Positions 44,959 to 55,684 of a DNA stretch of 61,677 bases are shown here, one piece after another. The notes under the pieces were generated by a model that ran no database searches, was not told the DNA's origin, and saw only the letters and a list, made by a program, of their open reading frames with translations. How positions within the stretch are numbered: position 1 is the first letter of the stretch; each line of letters starts with the position of its first letter. The position numbers and the translations under genes are program-made. The stretch spans positions 1 through 61,677 of the IMG/VR virus record IMGVR_UViG_3300038327_000229; one strand, given 5' to 3'. Source of the stretch: a virus. Lineage: Duplodnaviria > Caudoviricetes.

Positions 44959-47900
44959 ATGCCCATTACCGCCAGTACTCACAGCCTGTCTAAAACACTC
45001 GAAGCCATTGGAGAAAGCCAGGAAGACTTTTTTATCAAGGCGTTGGCCAAGAAGGCAGGCGTCGATACAGTTCCTAATTTCCAGACATATTTCAATACTC
45101 TGTTACAGAAAATTAATGACCTACCCGTTTCTGCTTTCAGCGAACCAGATAAACATAAGATGAAAGGCACATTACATAACTATAATACAACGCTGGTGGG
45201 AGAGGACAGCGAGAGTCATCTACCTGAGCAAGGGGAAGCGAAGCTAAAACTAATTGGCCAAAAAACCCGAGAGACGATGGAGAGAATAATATCATCAAGT
45301 GACGATATATCTCAGATTGGATTCTATAGAATACCAGAATCGGATAGTGATACTGACTTCCCTAGAGTAGTTCCCAGCTCGATAAATATACAGGAGCACT
45401 TACTTAATCAACCAGTGCCAACGGTGAGGTCAAAATCAGTAGGAGTTATACCTAACCATACCTCAAAACATATTGTCTCCATAGATATAATCTTTCCTAG
45501 CTTTGAAATATTCTCATCCACAGAAGAAGATTATCCCAGCTTTATAAATCTATATAATATGTTTAAATTTATGCCAATAAATTCTATATATTCCTCTGCT
45601 CTATGCACTGCATTTGTCTCTGAATACACATATCCCAGGCTGATTGAACTTATCGGCCAGAGCCATGTCGCCGACCAATTCGATAAAGTGAAAGGTGATA
45701 CGGCTTTAGAAAGGCTAACCTCTTTTGCTAAAGACCTAAAAGGAGTAAATAGCAAGGACGACCTTATCGGTATTCTAGGGGGTCAAGGATCTGAACTAGA
45801 TCTCGGATGGAAATCTGCGATAGAATACATCTCTGGCGATCAAACCATAGGCGGCTTAGGCTATGATTGGATGGCTAGTGAATACGATTCCGGCGGGCAA
45901 GATAATGGTATTGCCAGATTTCCTGTCCCCGTATGTTTTAAAGGCGCAAGTCTCCAGACATTGCAAGATATGCCCGGAGCCATACTGGGTCGATTCAGCT
46001 TTGGAATAGTGAGCTCCCCTGCTTTTCCTCACGGCACTATAATGTACAGAGACGAAGAGGGTGAACCTACCATGGACCCCAACAGATGTAAGTGGGGTAA
46101 GAGATACGTCTCATTAGCATCAAAAAAAATCATGGGACAGTTAGAGATAGACAAAAATCTGCTGATGGGCGCAAGGGGTACAGCCAGCGTTCCTCAGCTA
46201 ACTCACAACGATATAAGGCTGTACTATTTTGATATAGTGCATGGACCAATTGTCTTTGATACCACCTCAGATATATATGATAGAACAGAGACACAGGCAC
46301 CAGTCATACTGGAAAAAGTGTCCGGAGCATTTAACTCTAAAACGATAGATATACCGTTGATGGGATCTAAGTTTCCGAGTTGCCAATATATGGGAATGAA
46401 TTCTAGTTCTTTCCAAATGATATTCGCTGTTACAGACAAGAAAATAATAAGTGACTTCATGGCTATGAAGGCCAAGATAGTTGACGCTGAAAAATCTCAG
46501 CATATGTTCAGTTCTTTTGGTATTATAGAAAATCCACTTATTAACTCCTTTGGAATAACTAGAGTTACACCTCAGTCCGTCACAATAGAGTCTGATCCAG
46601 ATTCCCCGGATTTATACAGGCTAATAATTAACTTTGTTGAAAACTATCAAGATTTAGCCGATGAAAAGCTCCAGCTAGAAAAGGGAGCTGTTGCCTTAGA
46701 CCCATTGAAAGGTACATGGGAGTATTTCTATGATCTATATAAGATATGGGCTACGATATATATGAAAAATTATTATTTATATAGTGGAAACTTAGAAGTA
46801 ATTAGCTCAGAACATGCTAATCAACTTAACGATCTTATGCGAGCAATTGGCATAAGTACTGATGAAGAAGGTACAATACTTAACCCAGGCAGAGGGGGGA
46901 TAAAAGACGCGCATAGCGTACCATATGGTCCAGTATTGATGGGAATAATGGATCAGAGACTTCAGCTAAAGAATAACACCCCCCCGGAAAGTACACGGGT
47001 GTCCGGATATATCCAACAGGATCTTCCCGAACTAGAATACTATCCGGTAAACAGATCTGATGCCGCTCTCTCGGACTTCGCAGGCCCGCCAGATCGAGAG
47101 GTGGCATCGATAAGTCCGAGAATCGCAAGGGCCTTAGTCCAAATTGCACATGGTGCGATAAGAGCAGATAAACATACAAAGGATCTGTCGTCTTTCTCGG
47201 TATTTGAAACACAAAATGAACATACAAACCAAAGAATATTTCATTCACCCGAACTGCATCAGCTATTCTATGGGGTGCTTGGCGTATCTCCATTCATTCC
47301 AATATTTGAGGACGAGGATGGAGACTATAACCAAGGTAACATTTTTGATTATGGAGTAGACCCAACCGAGAATAAATACTATAAATTGCATAGGGAATTA
47401 AATACTTGGACGGTTAGGGACACGAATTGGTTCACGACAGATGATAATGTATATAGTGCACGATCTCGCCATGGATCAGATGCTACATTCCGCGCTAAAA
47501 ACCTTGTAGATATATGGCATAGTCAGGGGAAGATACTTCCTAAACCACTATGGGATAGTATATTTAAATGTATTAGTCGCCGGTTAAGCAGCAAGGGGCC
47601 TGATATATTCGTAAGCTCAAGGAATATGGATAAATCCATTAACCATTTCATGGATTTGATTTCAAAATATTCTAGCCTATATAAATTCAATATAGTTAAT
47701 AGGAATGAGCGTGAATACTCAAGACTGGTATGGATCTCGATCAGGCAACAAAATCTGAATAATATTAATGACCACGACACTGTGTTCTTGAATAGGTTAT
47801 CGGCTACTACCTTCAAAGATTTCCCGAATCGTCGCAAGGAGGCAGGCATTGTCGCAGAGTATGATATAACCAGAGAAAAGGAACTAGCAAAAGAAGTTGC

Positions 47901-50900
47901 TTCATTCAATAATGTCATAATTGATTTATACCCAGATCTATATCTACCAACATACAGCGAGTTATTCAATGAATCAGAAAATGTTGAGAATCCCACCGAT
48001 GCTTTGAATAATTTTAAAAAATTGTTAAAGAAATTTGCTCCAAAATGCGGAGATCGAGGAGTGACACCAGGTAGAGACAGCGATGGGAATCGTATATCAC
48101 ACGCTAACTTAATGGGGATGACGATAGCCGACATCTCTGATGCCGCTGCAGCAGGTCCGGATGAATATATCGACCCAGACATCTTCTATTATCGATCTAG
48201 AGATAAACAAAACATGGCTGCGTACAGTGACGCAAATCCTCTTGTTGATAGCAATGCTGCCAAAGACCTAAAAAGTAAAACTCTTATTTTCCCACTTACA
48301 GGCAAGAAGATAATAGATAAACTAAAAGAGAAGGCAATTAGCGCAGGCAATAAATATGAACTAGAATCTCTTAACAGCACTTTGGGTAGGGGAAAGATTA
48401 ACCAGATATTCAAAGATGAGATTCTACCGCTGATTATGACTAGTTATAGAAGTTATTCTAGTGAGACTGAAGGCAGGAAGGATGCCCAGGCTCAAGCCTT
48501 GGCAGAGGACTTAAATGAATGGCTCGGAGAGCCTATCAAAGAAGGAATAGGATCATTCGATGTGGGTTATACACGGAAGTTGCTAGCTCTAGTGGAGGAC
48601 AAATTCATAAATATAGAGTTTGTAAATCCGGAGGGCACAGTCATAGGCATAATGGATAGGAAATCCGACAGTACCGGGTATGAGGCAGTTGACATAGGAA
48701 CACATACAGAGCCGAAAGGTTTTAACAGTACAACCAGTATGACTGTTGTTCATAGTAACATAGAAAATATTAATGCCATAGATCAACAACAAATAGTCCA
48801 TATGCCCGATTTTACTGAGTCCTTATTGAGAAGTTTTCCCACGATAAGACTCTATTTTATAGAAGAAGATCGTGAACAAGAAAATCGACTAGATGACTTT
48901 TATGGATTTAGAGATATACTAGAATGTTCTATCTCTTCCCATATGTATGACAACGATATATGTACTATGAAGCTATCGAATATGAGTGGTGTATTATCTA
49001 CAATGGCCTTTTCTGATTATGTTACTACTAAGAAGATAAAAAGAGCTCCCGATAAGGACAACGGACCAGACAAAGCACACTCCGCTACTAATACTCAGGA
49101 TTCAATAAGCGTGACAGACGACGAAGGGGAAAGATTTCTCACAAAGATTATGCTAAGACCTGGTATACATATCATGATAAAAATGGGCTATGGGAATAAT
49201 ATAGAGCATTTAAAAACTGTATTTACTGGAGAAATATCAGAAGTAAAGAATGGAAATATTGTTGAGATTATAGCTCAAGGTTATCAAACTGAATTACAAA
49301 ATGACTTTGGAGGATTTTATGACGAGAGTACTTGGGATCTGTTTAAAGGTCTGTTGCCCGATTTCTTTAGACCGGAATCACAGCATATCCAAAATAAGTA
49401 CTCTTTTTTAGATATTATAAATTATATAATACTAAGCAATACAAATATGACTGAGAAGAATGGAAAAGGTATGACTCATCTCGGTGAGGTCATCGAGGTA
49501 GCCCCTTATCGCAAAGGAGGTCCTTGGTCACAAAAGGATCCAATGTATGGATACGATAATAAGGATGGTAGTAACGCCATAGCCAAGATACTCGGAGAGG
49601 ATACAGTGCAAGCGTTCCTGTCTAAAGGAGACAACTTTTCATTCTTCGATGAGTATATGGAATACCAGTTTTATGGATTCAGTGGCTATGACATAGGAAG
49701 GAATATATACACCTCGATTTCTAATAGTTCAGAAATTAACATAACTAAAGAGTGGCTAACCGTTACCGGTCCTATCATAGATGGACTAAGAGAAGTTACA
49801 AGATATATGCCTAACTTCATTGCTACAGTAGTTCCCTACCAGCAAGATGCAACCCTGTTCATTGGTGATCCATCTTCGGTGTATGAGTATCGACCTGCTA
49901 CCAGCGAAGAAAAGAAATTTTTAGTTAAATATAATACGGGATCAGCAGATAAGGTTCAAAAAGCAGCGGAAGATCGCAATACCACATATATGCAGCTTTT
50001 TCAGCATATAAATAGGCTAAGCATAGCAACAAGAACTCGAGTGAAACAGTATAATATCAGGAGAATATATAATTACTTTGAGTCGCCTCCACTAGTAGCA
50101 GAAGGGATCCACGTCGAAGGTGTTGACCAAAACGGCCAAGATTTTGATGGCCGTAGACTGAATCGTACTCAGGGTAACTCATTTAAGGAGAATCCTACAC
50201 CTGAAGATCTAGACCTGGAGGAATTGGTTTATGGAGTTTACTATAACGCGATTAGTGACGCTGATTTTGATGCGATACGTCACGCGGTCGGAGATCTCCT
50301 AGGTCACTATTTAAACTTGAGCAAAGAACAGATAAGTGAGAATCACGGGGACCTTACCGATCTCGCAAAGACTATATCAGAATTCTATATTCCGAGCAGT
50401 TTATATAATAAGAACTTTTCTGTGAAAGTGGGTGATATTACTGTCAGAGTCAGTAACGCTGGACCAGCGACGGGCGGCTGGGAGATAAACGGAGTGAGCG
50501 TGGATGCGGCGCTCCGGGCAGGCGATGGTGCCCTCTTCGCAAAGAAGCGCGATAGTATGTTCGGGCCTAGCCTGCTGGTGGGTTCATTAGACGACAAAAA
50601 TAGGCGATACTATGCAACAAAACGGGTAACAGGTAATATTGACCTAAGTATACTAAATCACTTTAGGGAGATACTTGAGTCTAACTATGAAAACCCCGAA
50701 CATCCTGCCCAAAAAATTAGCTTTGAGTCATTTATTCAGGACATCCGCCATACTGGTTCCGGTTATTTAAATTCCCCTCGTGCTACAGTCGAAGGCGACT
50801 TCCTTGCAAATCCCGGGGTGAAAAAGACGCCGAAGAATAGGGTACGAGCTTTTGGACTTCGGCGATCCCTGGCCGAGGAGATCGAAGAGTTTCTCACACC

Positions 50901-52437
50901 TTCACAGAACTATAATAATAACCACCACGCTCTGGCCGCTATTATCAATGATGTGATCCTACCATTCAAGCAGATCTTATTGCTAGCTCATGAAATTCTG
51001 AGCGGCGATAATCCAGATGAGATAGATGATGCTATACGGGAACTTATGTCCGAAGAACCTGGGAGCAGACCTACTATACCATTTAACTATAAAGTATTTA
51101 GAGACTACCATGCGGTAACTACTACTCACGATTTGATTGCAAATAATATAGCTGCGTCAGAATCCGACATGTGGAGTGCTGTTAAGCTTCTGGTTCCCAC
51201 GGATACGACTGATGCAACGGCTGGATGGGCGAATTACCAGATGGCTGACTGGGGTATCTACGAGGGGGGCGTAGATGTAGGCAGCAATGTATTCCGTATA
51301 GATTCGAGCCAAGGTTTTGCGTCATGGCCAATTAAAAGTTCAGCTGGAATGAACTATAGGGGATTAACCCCAAGTCCAAGAGATATAACAGAAACATTTA
51401 CCGAGATAAATTCAACTACCCCAAATTTAGCCAACCACGCCTTAACTTTTAGAATAGCACAAGGAATGTCTAAAATGTATCGTGGCAATATTATAATGGT
51501 AGGTCGCAATATAAAACCGTATGACGCGATACTCTTAGGCGATGATGTAAATAAGATGTATGGAACTTTTATGGCAGAAAGAGTAATACAAAATTTTAGC
51601 GCAGTTAACGGGTGGACAACTACAGTAGTTCCCTGTGGTTTAACTCGAGTGAATTCTATTACCGGTACATACGGGGCGAGTGGCTGGCAAAAATTATGGT
51701 ATACAATTGGAGAAGGGCGAGGTTTTGAAACAGCGCTTAATATCGCGATGCTCGCTAGTCTCTTCGTTCCTATATTAGGTGGCTTTTCTTTAGCGGCAAG
51801 AGTGGTTCTTGGCGCAGTCCTTCGAGGTAGCTGGGGCATAGTACGTACGGCGGGTTCCCTAACTCCTTGGATAGGTAAAAAACTTGGACTGAATGCATGG
51901 AAAATTATAAGTGAAACCGCCGTAAGCATTGGGTATAGACATGGCGCCTCCGGCGCGATCGGAAGGTTAGCTTTACCTGGAGCATGGCAAGCAGCAACTA
52001 GCGTCGGCGGATTCGGATCTATTGTGCGAAGAGGAGCAGGTGTTACAGCCGGTGAAATAATAGGGATGCGCTTTGCTGCCGGAGCTGGCTGGATTATTCC
52101 AGAAGTGTTGATTGGAAAACTAGGAATGAAGGGGGGGGCAGGTATTGTTAGTCAGTTTATGAATCCAACTTTCTCTCAATCAAGCGTTTTACGCAAAGGA
52201 GAGAATGACACCTTTAGTGTTAAGGGGTATAAGCCTGCTAAAATGGAATTGCTAAGATATAATGGGGCTCCCTTCGTGGCGGGGCTAGAGGATATGTATG
52301 AGTCGATACAAAATCATGGAGGTTGGGCGGATACTATGATCGATGTAGGATACATGCTTAGAGAATTCTTCGCTTCAACTGCTTCGTCAAACCATTTTAT
52401 TCTTGATGGGGAAATGCCGGAGGACAGTAATGAGTAG
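44959..52437 (+). CDS. Giant baseplate hub-like protein with C-terminal hydrophobic/Gly-rich region
   Basis: LRPGIHIMIKMGYG..KTVFTGEISEV..VEIIAQG and YRGNIIMVGRNIKPYDAILLGD..GTFMAERVIQNFS..GWTTTV fit the gp27/gpD hub pattern; upstream of gp25-like and J-like genes. Confidence 0.65.
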   Translation: MPITASTHSLSKTLEAIGESQEDFFIKALAKKAGVDTVPNFQTYFNTLLQKINDLPVSAFSEPDKHKMKGTLHNYNTTLVGEDSESHLPEQGEAKLKLIGQKTRETMERIISSSDDISQIGFYRIPESDSDTDFPRVVPSSINIQEHLLNQPVPTVRSKSVGVIPNHTSKHIVSIDIIFPSFEIFSSTEEDYPSFINLYNMFKFMPINSIYSSALCTAFVSEYTYPRLIELIGQSHVADQFDKVKGDTALERLTSFAKDLKGVNSKDDLIGILGGQGSELDLGWKSAIEYISGDQTIGGLGYDWMASEYDSGGQDNGIARFPVPVCFKGASLQTLQDMPGAILGRFSFGIVSSPAFPHGTIMYRDEEGEPTMDPNRCKWGKRYVSLASKKIMGQLEIDKNLLMGARGTASVPQLTHNDIRLYYFDIVHGPIVFDTTSDIYDRTETQAPVILEKVSGAFNSKTIDIPLMGSKFPSCQYMGMNSSSFQMIFAVTDKKIISDFMAMKAKIVDAEKSQHMFSSFGIIENPLINSFGITRVTPQSVTIESDPDSPDLYRLIINFVENYQDLADEKLQLEKGAVALDPLKGTWEYFYDLYKIWATIYMKNYYLYSGNLEVISSEHANQLNDLMRAIGISTDEEGTILNPGRGGIKDAHSVPYGPVLMGIMDQRLQLKNNTPPESTRVSGYIQQDLPELEYYPVNRSDAALSDFAGPPDREVASISPRIARALVQIAHGAIRADKHTKDLSSFSVFETQNEHTNQRIFHSPELHQLFYGVLGVSPFIPIFEDEDGDYNQGNIFDYGVDPTENKYYKLHRELNTWTVRDTNWFTTDDNVYSARSRHGSDATFRAKNLVDIWHSQGKILPKPLWDSIFKCISRRLSSKGPDIFVSSRNMDKSINHFMDLISKYSSLYKFNIVNRNEREYSRLVWISIRQQNLNNINDHDTVFLNRLSATTFKDFPNRRKEAGIVAEYDITREKELAKEVASFNNVIIDLYPDLYLPTYSELFNESENVENPTDALNNFKKLLKKFAPKCGDRGVTPGRDSDGNRISHANLMGMTIADISDAAAAGPDEYIDPDIFYYRSRDKQNMAAYSDANPLVDSNAAKDLKSKTLIFPLTGKKIIDKLKEKAISAGNKYELESLNSTLGRGKINQIFKDEILPLIMTSYRSYSSETEGRKDAQAQALAEDLNEWLGEPIKEGIGSFDVGYTRKLLALVEDKFINIEFVNPEGTVIGIMDRKSDSTGYEAVDIGTHTEPKGFNSTTSMTVVHSNIENINAIDQQQIVHMPDFTESLLRSFPTIRLYFIEEDREQENRLDDFYGFRDILECSISSHMYDNDICTMKLSNMSGVLSTMAFSDYVTTKKIKRAPDKDNGPDKAHSATNTQDSISVTDDEGERFLTKIMLRPGIHIMIKMGYGNNIEHLKTVFTGEISEVKNGNIVEIIAQGYQTELQNDFGGFYDESTWDLFKGLLPDFFRPESQHIQNKYSFLDIINYIILSNTNMTEKNGKGMTHLGEVIEVAPYRKGGPWSQKDPMYGYDNKDGSNAIAKILGEDTVQAFLSKGDNFSFFDEYMEYQFYGFSGYDIGRNIYTSISNSSEINITKEWLTVTGPIIDGLREVTRYMPNFIATVVPYQQDATLFIGDPSSVYEYRPATSEEKKFLVKYNTGSADKVQKAAEDRNTTYMQLFQHINRLSIATRTRVKQYNIRRIYNYFESPPLVAEGIHVEGVDQNGQDFDGRRLNRTQGNSFKENPTPEDLDLEELVYGVYYNAISDADFDAIRHAVGDLLGHYLNLSKEQISENHGDLTDLAKTISEFYIPSSLYNKNFSVKVGDITVRVSNAGPATGGWEINGVSVDAALRAGDGALFAKKRDSMFGPSLLVGSLDDKNRRYYATKRVTGNIDLSILNHFREILESNYENPEHPAQKISFESFIQDIRHTGSGYLNSPRATVEGDFLANPGVKKTPKNRVRAFGLRRSLAEEIEEFLTPSQNYNNNHHALAAIINDVILPFKQILLLAHEILSGDNPDEIDDAIRELMSEEPGSRPTIPFNYKVFRDYHAVTTTHDLIANNIAASESDMWSAVKLLVPTDTTDATAGWANYQMADWGIYEGGVDVGSNVFRIDSSQGFASWPIKSSAGMNYRGLTPSPRDITETFTEINSTTPNLANHALTFRIAQGMSKMYRGNIIMVGRNIKPYDAILLGDDVNKMYGTFMAERVIQNFSAVNGWTTTVVPCGLTRVNSITGTYGASGWQKLWYTIGEGRGFETALNIAMLASLFVPILGGFSLAARVVLGAVLRGSWGIVRTAGSLTPWIGKKLGLNAWKIISETAVSIGYRHGASGAIGRLALPGAWQAATSVGGFGSIVRRGAGVTAGEIIGMRFAAGAGWIIPEVLIGKLGMKGGAGIVSQFMNPTFSQSSVLRKGENDTFSVKGYKPAKMELLRYNGAPFVAGLEDMYESIQNHGGWADTMIDVGYMLREFFASTASSNHFILDGEMPEDSNE

Positions 52438-53167
52438 ACAAACTTTTCTTAAGAAGACAACTGATTATGCTAAACAAGATGAGCTTATTGGATTAAGCAA
52501 TCATACAAAGAGAATTACTGCCGTTGTATACAGGGGCCCATACCTCGATCCCAAGAAGAACATATCTAGTTCAGTGCCCATTTGTACTGGAGAAATTCCA
52601 TCTGGCCTAGAGATAGAAGTCGTATTAATCGAGAGGGCATTAGCTCAATCCACCTCAGGCTACGTCCAATCCGATAAAGACATATCTCGTCCAAGTCCAT
52701 CCATTCAGGGTCGAGCCAATGCCAGCGGATCTACCGCACATGCCATGATAGAATCCTTTCCCGAAGAGTCTACTCCGGCTGACGATCAAACAGTACGTAT
52801 CGGCCATTGGGCATATCGTAATACATACAGGCTGCCTAAATCAGTCATGGGGTCACATAAGATTGACTTTACAAAATTACCTAGCCCTATAGTCATCTTA
52901 GATATATCTATGGCAAGAAGCAGGGGCCCTAAATCTATGTCGCATATATCTGTAGTAGCGGTACTATATAAAGATCCTCATGATATGAGAGGTACGGATA
53001 TAGTTCCTAATGGAGTATCTGCTCATATAAAAAATGCCGATGTCGGCGATACTAACTCTCTAGCTAGAAATATGCAAAATGGTATAGGCGCTATATTAAA
53101 TGATGATTGCCACAAAAGAACGATAGAGCTACGTAGGAAAGATGCGATATCTAATCCGCGACGGTAG
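52430..53167 (+). CDS. Hypothetical baseplate-region protein
   Basis: Likely start ATG 52430 after SD ggagg; overlaps the hub stop. Confidence 0.5.
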   Translation: MSRQTFLKKTTDYAKQDELIGLSNHTKRITAVVYRGPYLDPKKNISSSVPICTGEIPSGLEIEVVLIERALAQSTSGYVQSDKDISRPSPSIQGRANASGSTAHAMIESFPEESTPADDQTVRIGHWAYRNTYRLPKSVMGSHKIDFTKLPSPIVILDISMARSRGPKSMSHISVVAVLYKDPHDMRGTDIVPNGVSAHIKNADVGDTNSLARNMQNGIGAILNDDCHKRTIELRRKDAISNPRR

Positions 53168-53194
53168 ATTACCATAGTAGAAAGGACTTGAATA

Positions 53195-53632
53195 ATGTCG
53201 ATTGAGCCTTCTTCTCACCAAATACCAGTAAATTTTCTGGCTGATGGCGATGAAAACATAGGACCATTAACCTGGAATCTTACTAAAGGAAAGCTAAACC
53301 TCTCTCCGGGTATGGGCGTAGGTAGTGATAAATGGGGAATGACCATAGATCAAGACATGACCAGGATAGGATCAGATGGCGTTCAGATTGATGCTGCGCC
53401 AGAATCTGTAAGTTTTGGCGGGAACTCGATTAACAAATTAACTACTGAAGTTCCACCAACCAGCCTGACTCCGTTCTCTATCTTAAGCCCAGATAACAGC
53501 AAATACTTGTTTCTATTTGCTTTAGGATCTGAGATAATGAATGGTCTTAATGAGATAGATAGAGACGAATATAATACAGACATCAAATACGTATATCAGG
53601 TATTTGATTATGATTCATTTCAACCGGAGTAG
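53195..53632 (+). CDS. Hypothetical baseplate-region protein (possibly spike-related)
   Basis: 145 aa with short beta-strand periodicity (GMTIDQDMTRIGSDGVQIDAAPESVSFGG); function from position only. Confidence 0.4.
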   Translation: MSIEPSSHQIPVNFLADGDENIGPLTWNLTKGKLNLSPGMGVGSDKWGMTIDQDMTRIGSDGVQIDAAPESVSFGGNSINKLTTEVPPTSLTPFSILSPDNSKYLFLFALGSEIMNGLNEIDRDEYNTDIKYVYQVFDYDSFQPE

Positions 53633-53636
53633 ATAG

Positions 53637-54065
53637 ATGTACGGCAATAGAGATATAAGTACTACTGAGAATGGAGATCTGGTAGTAGATAATGGCGATT
53701 TAGCTATATCTACTGCGTCTGAGTCTCTTTTGAGAACTGTCAATTTTTGTTTGTTAACCAATTACTCAGGGTATAAGCCGGAGAGACACTTTGGAGCTAG
53801 CCCTGATAAGTTTATAGGTCAACAAAATAACTCAAACACGAGAAATGAGATAAGACTACATATAGACTACTACCTTAAAAATCAAGGATTACTGATGGGA
53901 GCGACACATAGCTTGAATGTAGTACCGGTTGGTAACCATGAGATCGCAGTCATTCTAAAAATTAATACTCTAATAATAGAGAGTTCTACTGAAGCTAGTC
54001 CTCAGGAAATGATAATAGCATATAAGTACGATTTCAATAACGGGACGTTAGAAGCGGTAGCATAA
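53637..54065 (+). CDS. Baseplate wedge protein, gp25/W-like
   Basis: DISTTENGDLVVDNGDLAI..LLTNYSGYKPERHFGASPDKFIG; directly upstream of the J-like gene. Confidence 0.75.
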   Translation: MYGNRDISTTENGDLVVDNGDLAISTASESLLRTVNFCLLTNYSGYKPERHFGASPDKFIGQQNNSNTRNEIRLHIDYYLKNQGLLMGATHSLNVVPVGNHEIAVILKINTLIIESSTEASPQEMIIAYKYDFNNGTLEAVA

Positions 54066-55204
54066 TGCCAAAGAAAAGAAAAACGTTTGGAGCGTTCCAA
54101 GCAGAAAGTATAAACTATCTGCTAGCGAATACCCCGTTCAATAATGCTGTTGCGGGAAGTTCAGCAAGAAGTATAACTGATATAATGAATACTCAGATGG
54201 CTGAGATGTCTTCCCATATGGCAAGAGCGTCTGCTATGGTTTATCTAGATACAGCATCTGGGTATTATCTCGATCTGATAGGATCCTTATTCGGTATATC
54301 TAGAGACGCTCCTACGTCGTATAAAACAACTGCCGGAGATAAAAATATTAAGTTCTATGTTACAGGAGTTAAAACACTGAAAGGAGTTTTAGGAACTAAC
54401 TCGATTCCCAATGGAACGACTATCCAGAATACTAGCTCCGGTGCTACTTTGACCACAACTTCTTTGATCAACTTTAATGACACAGACACATTCGTCTTTG
54501 TTAGCGCAACTTTGCTCAGCGAAAAATCCATAGTCATTGGCCCGAGCACCATGACTGTACATAGCTTAGGCGTGCCAGACCTCCTTGTTACTAACACATC
54601 TAGCATAACTCACTCTCTCGTACAAGAGAGTGACCTCTCGTTCAGGGATAGAATAGCTTCTGCCTCTGTCGCATCAGAAGGTGCGAATAGCTCGCGAATA
54701 CTATCTTCAATTCAGCAGTTCCAGGATATTGCAAGTGTCGATATACGGGCAGGTATTTCTGGATCTGGAAGCTATGATGTATATCTGGTTCCGGTTGGTA
54801 ATAGAATATCTCAAGCGACTATAGCGGCTATAGCTAGAATTCTATCGAGTACCTCAGGATTTGGCATAGCCTTTAATATACGAGAATTCGATTACATACC
54901 TGTTAAGATTGAGATACAGGTCAAGTTTACTAACTCAACTAATGATTCTTTTAAAGAATCTACTATCAACATTGCAGAGTCTAGGGTTCGATCGTTAATC
55001 GGCTCCCTCAGACCAGGAGATGAACTAGCAATGAATCGTATTATCTCTGAAGTTATTAATACCGATAATAGTATTTCAAATGCAGAAGTTATATTTCTCT
55101 GTATAAATAAGAGAGTTCAGGCGATAAGAGACCTAAGACTAGAAGAGGACGAGCTCTTCGTTCCTGACGAAGATGAGATTAACCCAATAATGGTGAGGCA
55201 ATAA
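54065..55204 (+). CDS. Baseplate J-like wedge protein
   Basis: GSSARSI, YLDTASGYYLDLIGSLFGISR, ESDLSFRDRI, GSGSYDVYLVP, LRPGDELAMNRII. Confidence 0.85.
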   Translation: MPKKRKTFGAFQAESINYLLANTPFNNAVAGSSARSITDIMNTQMAEMSSHMARASAMVYLDTASGYYLDLIGSLFGISRDAPTSYKTTAGDKNIKFYVTGVKTLKGVLGTNSIPNGTTIQNTSSGATLTTTSLINFNDTDTFVFVSATLLSEKSIVIGPSTMTVHSLGVPDLLVTNTSSITHSLVQESDLSFRDRIASASVASEGANSSRILSSIQQFQDIASVDIRAGISGSGSYDVYLVPVGNRISQATIAAIARILSSTSGFGIAFNIREFDYIPVKIEIQVKFTNSTNDSFKESTINIAESRVRSLIGSLRPGDELAMNRIISEVINTDNSISNAEVIFLCINKRVQAIRDLRLEEDELFVPDEDEINPIMVRQ

Positions 55205-55680
55205 TGGCACTTAATGTAGCTTTTTACCAGTCTGCGAATTGGAATATAAGTAGTCCTCCAGACAATAATACCGTTGGTGGTGCAGCAACAAGTACGCTAA
55301 TAGGAGCTACACTTAGTGATGTTTTTCCAGAAGGAGTTAGCGATTATATTGGTCAAGATGCTCGGGTAAGGTATCAAAAGATTTGGGTAGAGAACACGTC
55401 GGGTGTTGAAATCAAAAACGTAAAAATGTTTCTAAATAATGTTAAACACCCTGGACAGATTCAAATAGCTCTAGGTGTTGGGGATGATCTCGTATCTACT
55501 CCAACAACTTCACCTAGCCTAACCTTTCTTGAACCTATTGGACTTGCAAATTCAGTTACGGTCACAACCAGCCTAGATGACGGCGTTTCCTTCAGTATTT
55601 GGATCAAGCAATCTATTTCAGCTAACCTTCCTTCAGAGGTTGGTGCGTCTACTACAATAGGCATCATCGGGGAAGTCTAG
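55204..55680 (+). CDS. Baseplate/tail-associated protein
   Basis: 158 aa coupled by TAATG; RYQKIWVENTS and SFSIWIKQSI beta-sandwich pattern. Confidence 0.5.
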   Translation: MALNVAFYQSANWNISSPPDNNTVGGAATSTLIGATLSDVFPEGVSDYIGQDARVRYQKIWVENTSGVEIKNVKMFLNNVKHPGQIQIALGVGDDLVSTPTTSPSLTFLEPIGLANSVTVTTSLDDGVSFSIWIKQSISANLPSEVGASTTIGIIGEV

Positions 55681-55684
55681 TTGA

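Noticed and set aside
44956-44961. Readthrough fusion of the RNAP-like and hub genes (TAA directly followed by in-frame ATG)
   Set aside because: TAA is rarely read through and abutting genes are common in this operon; no supporting signal seen.
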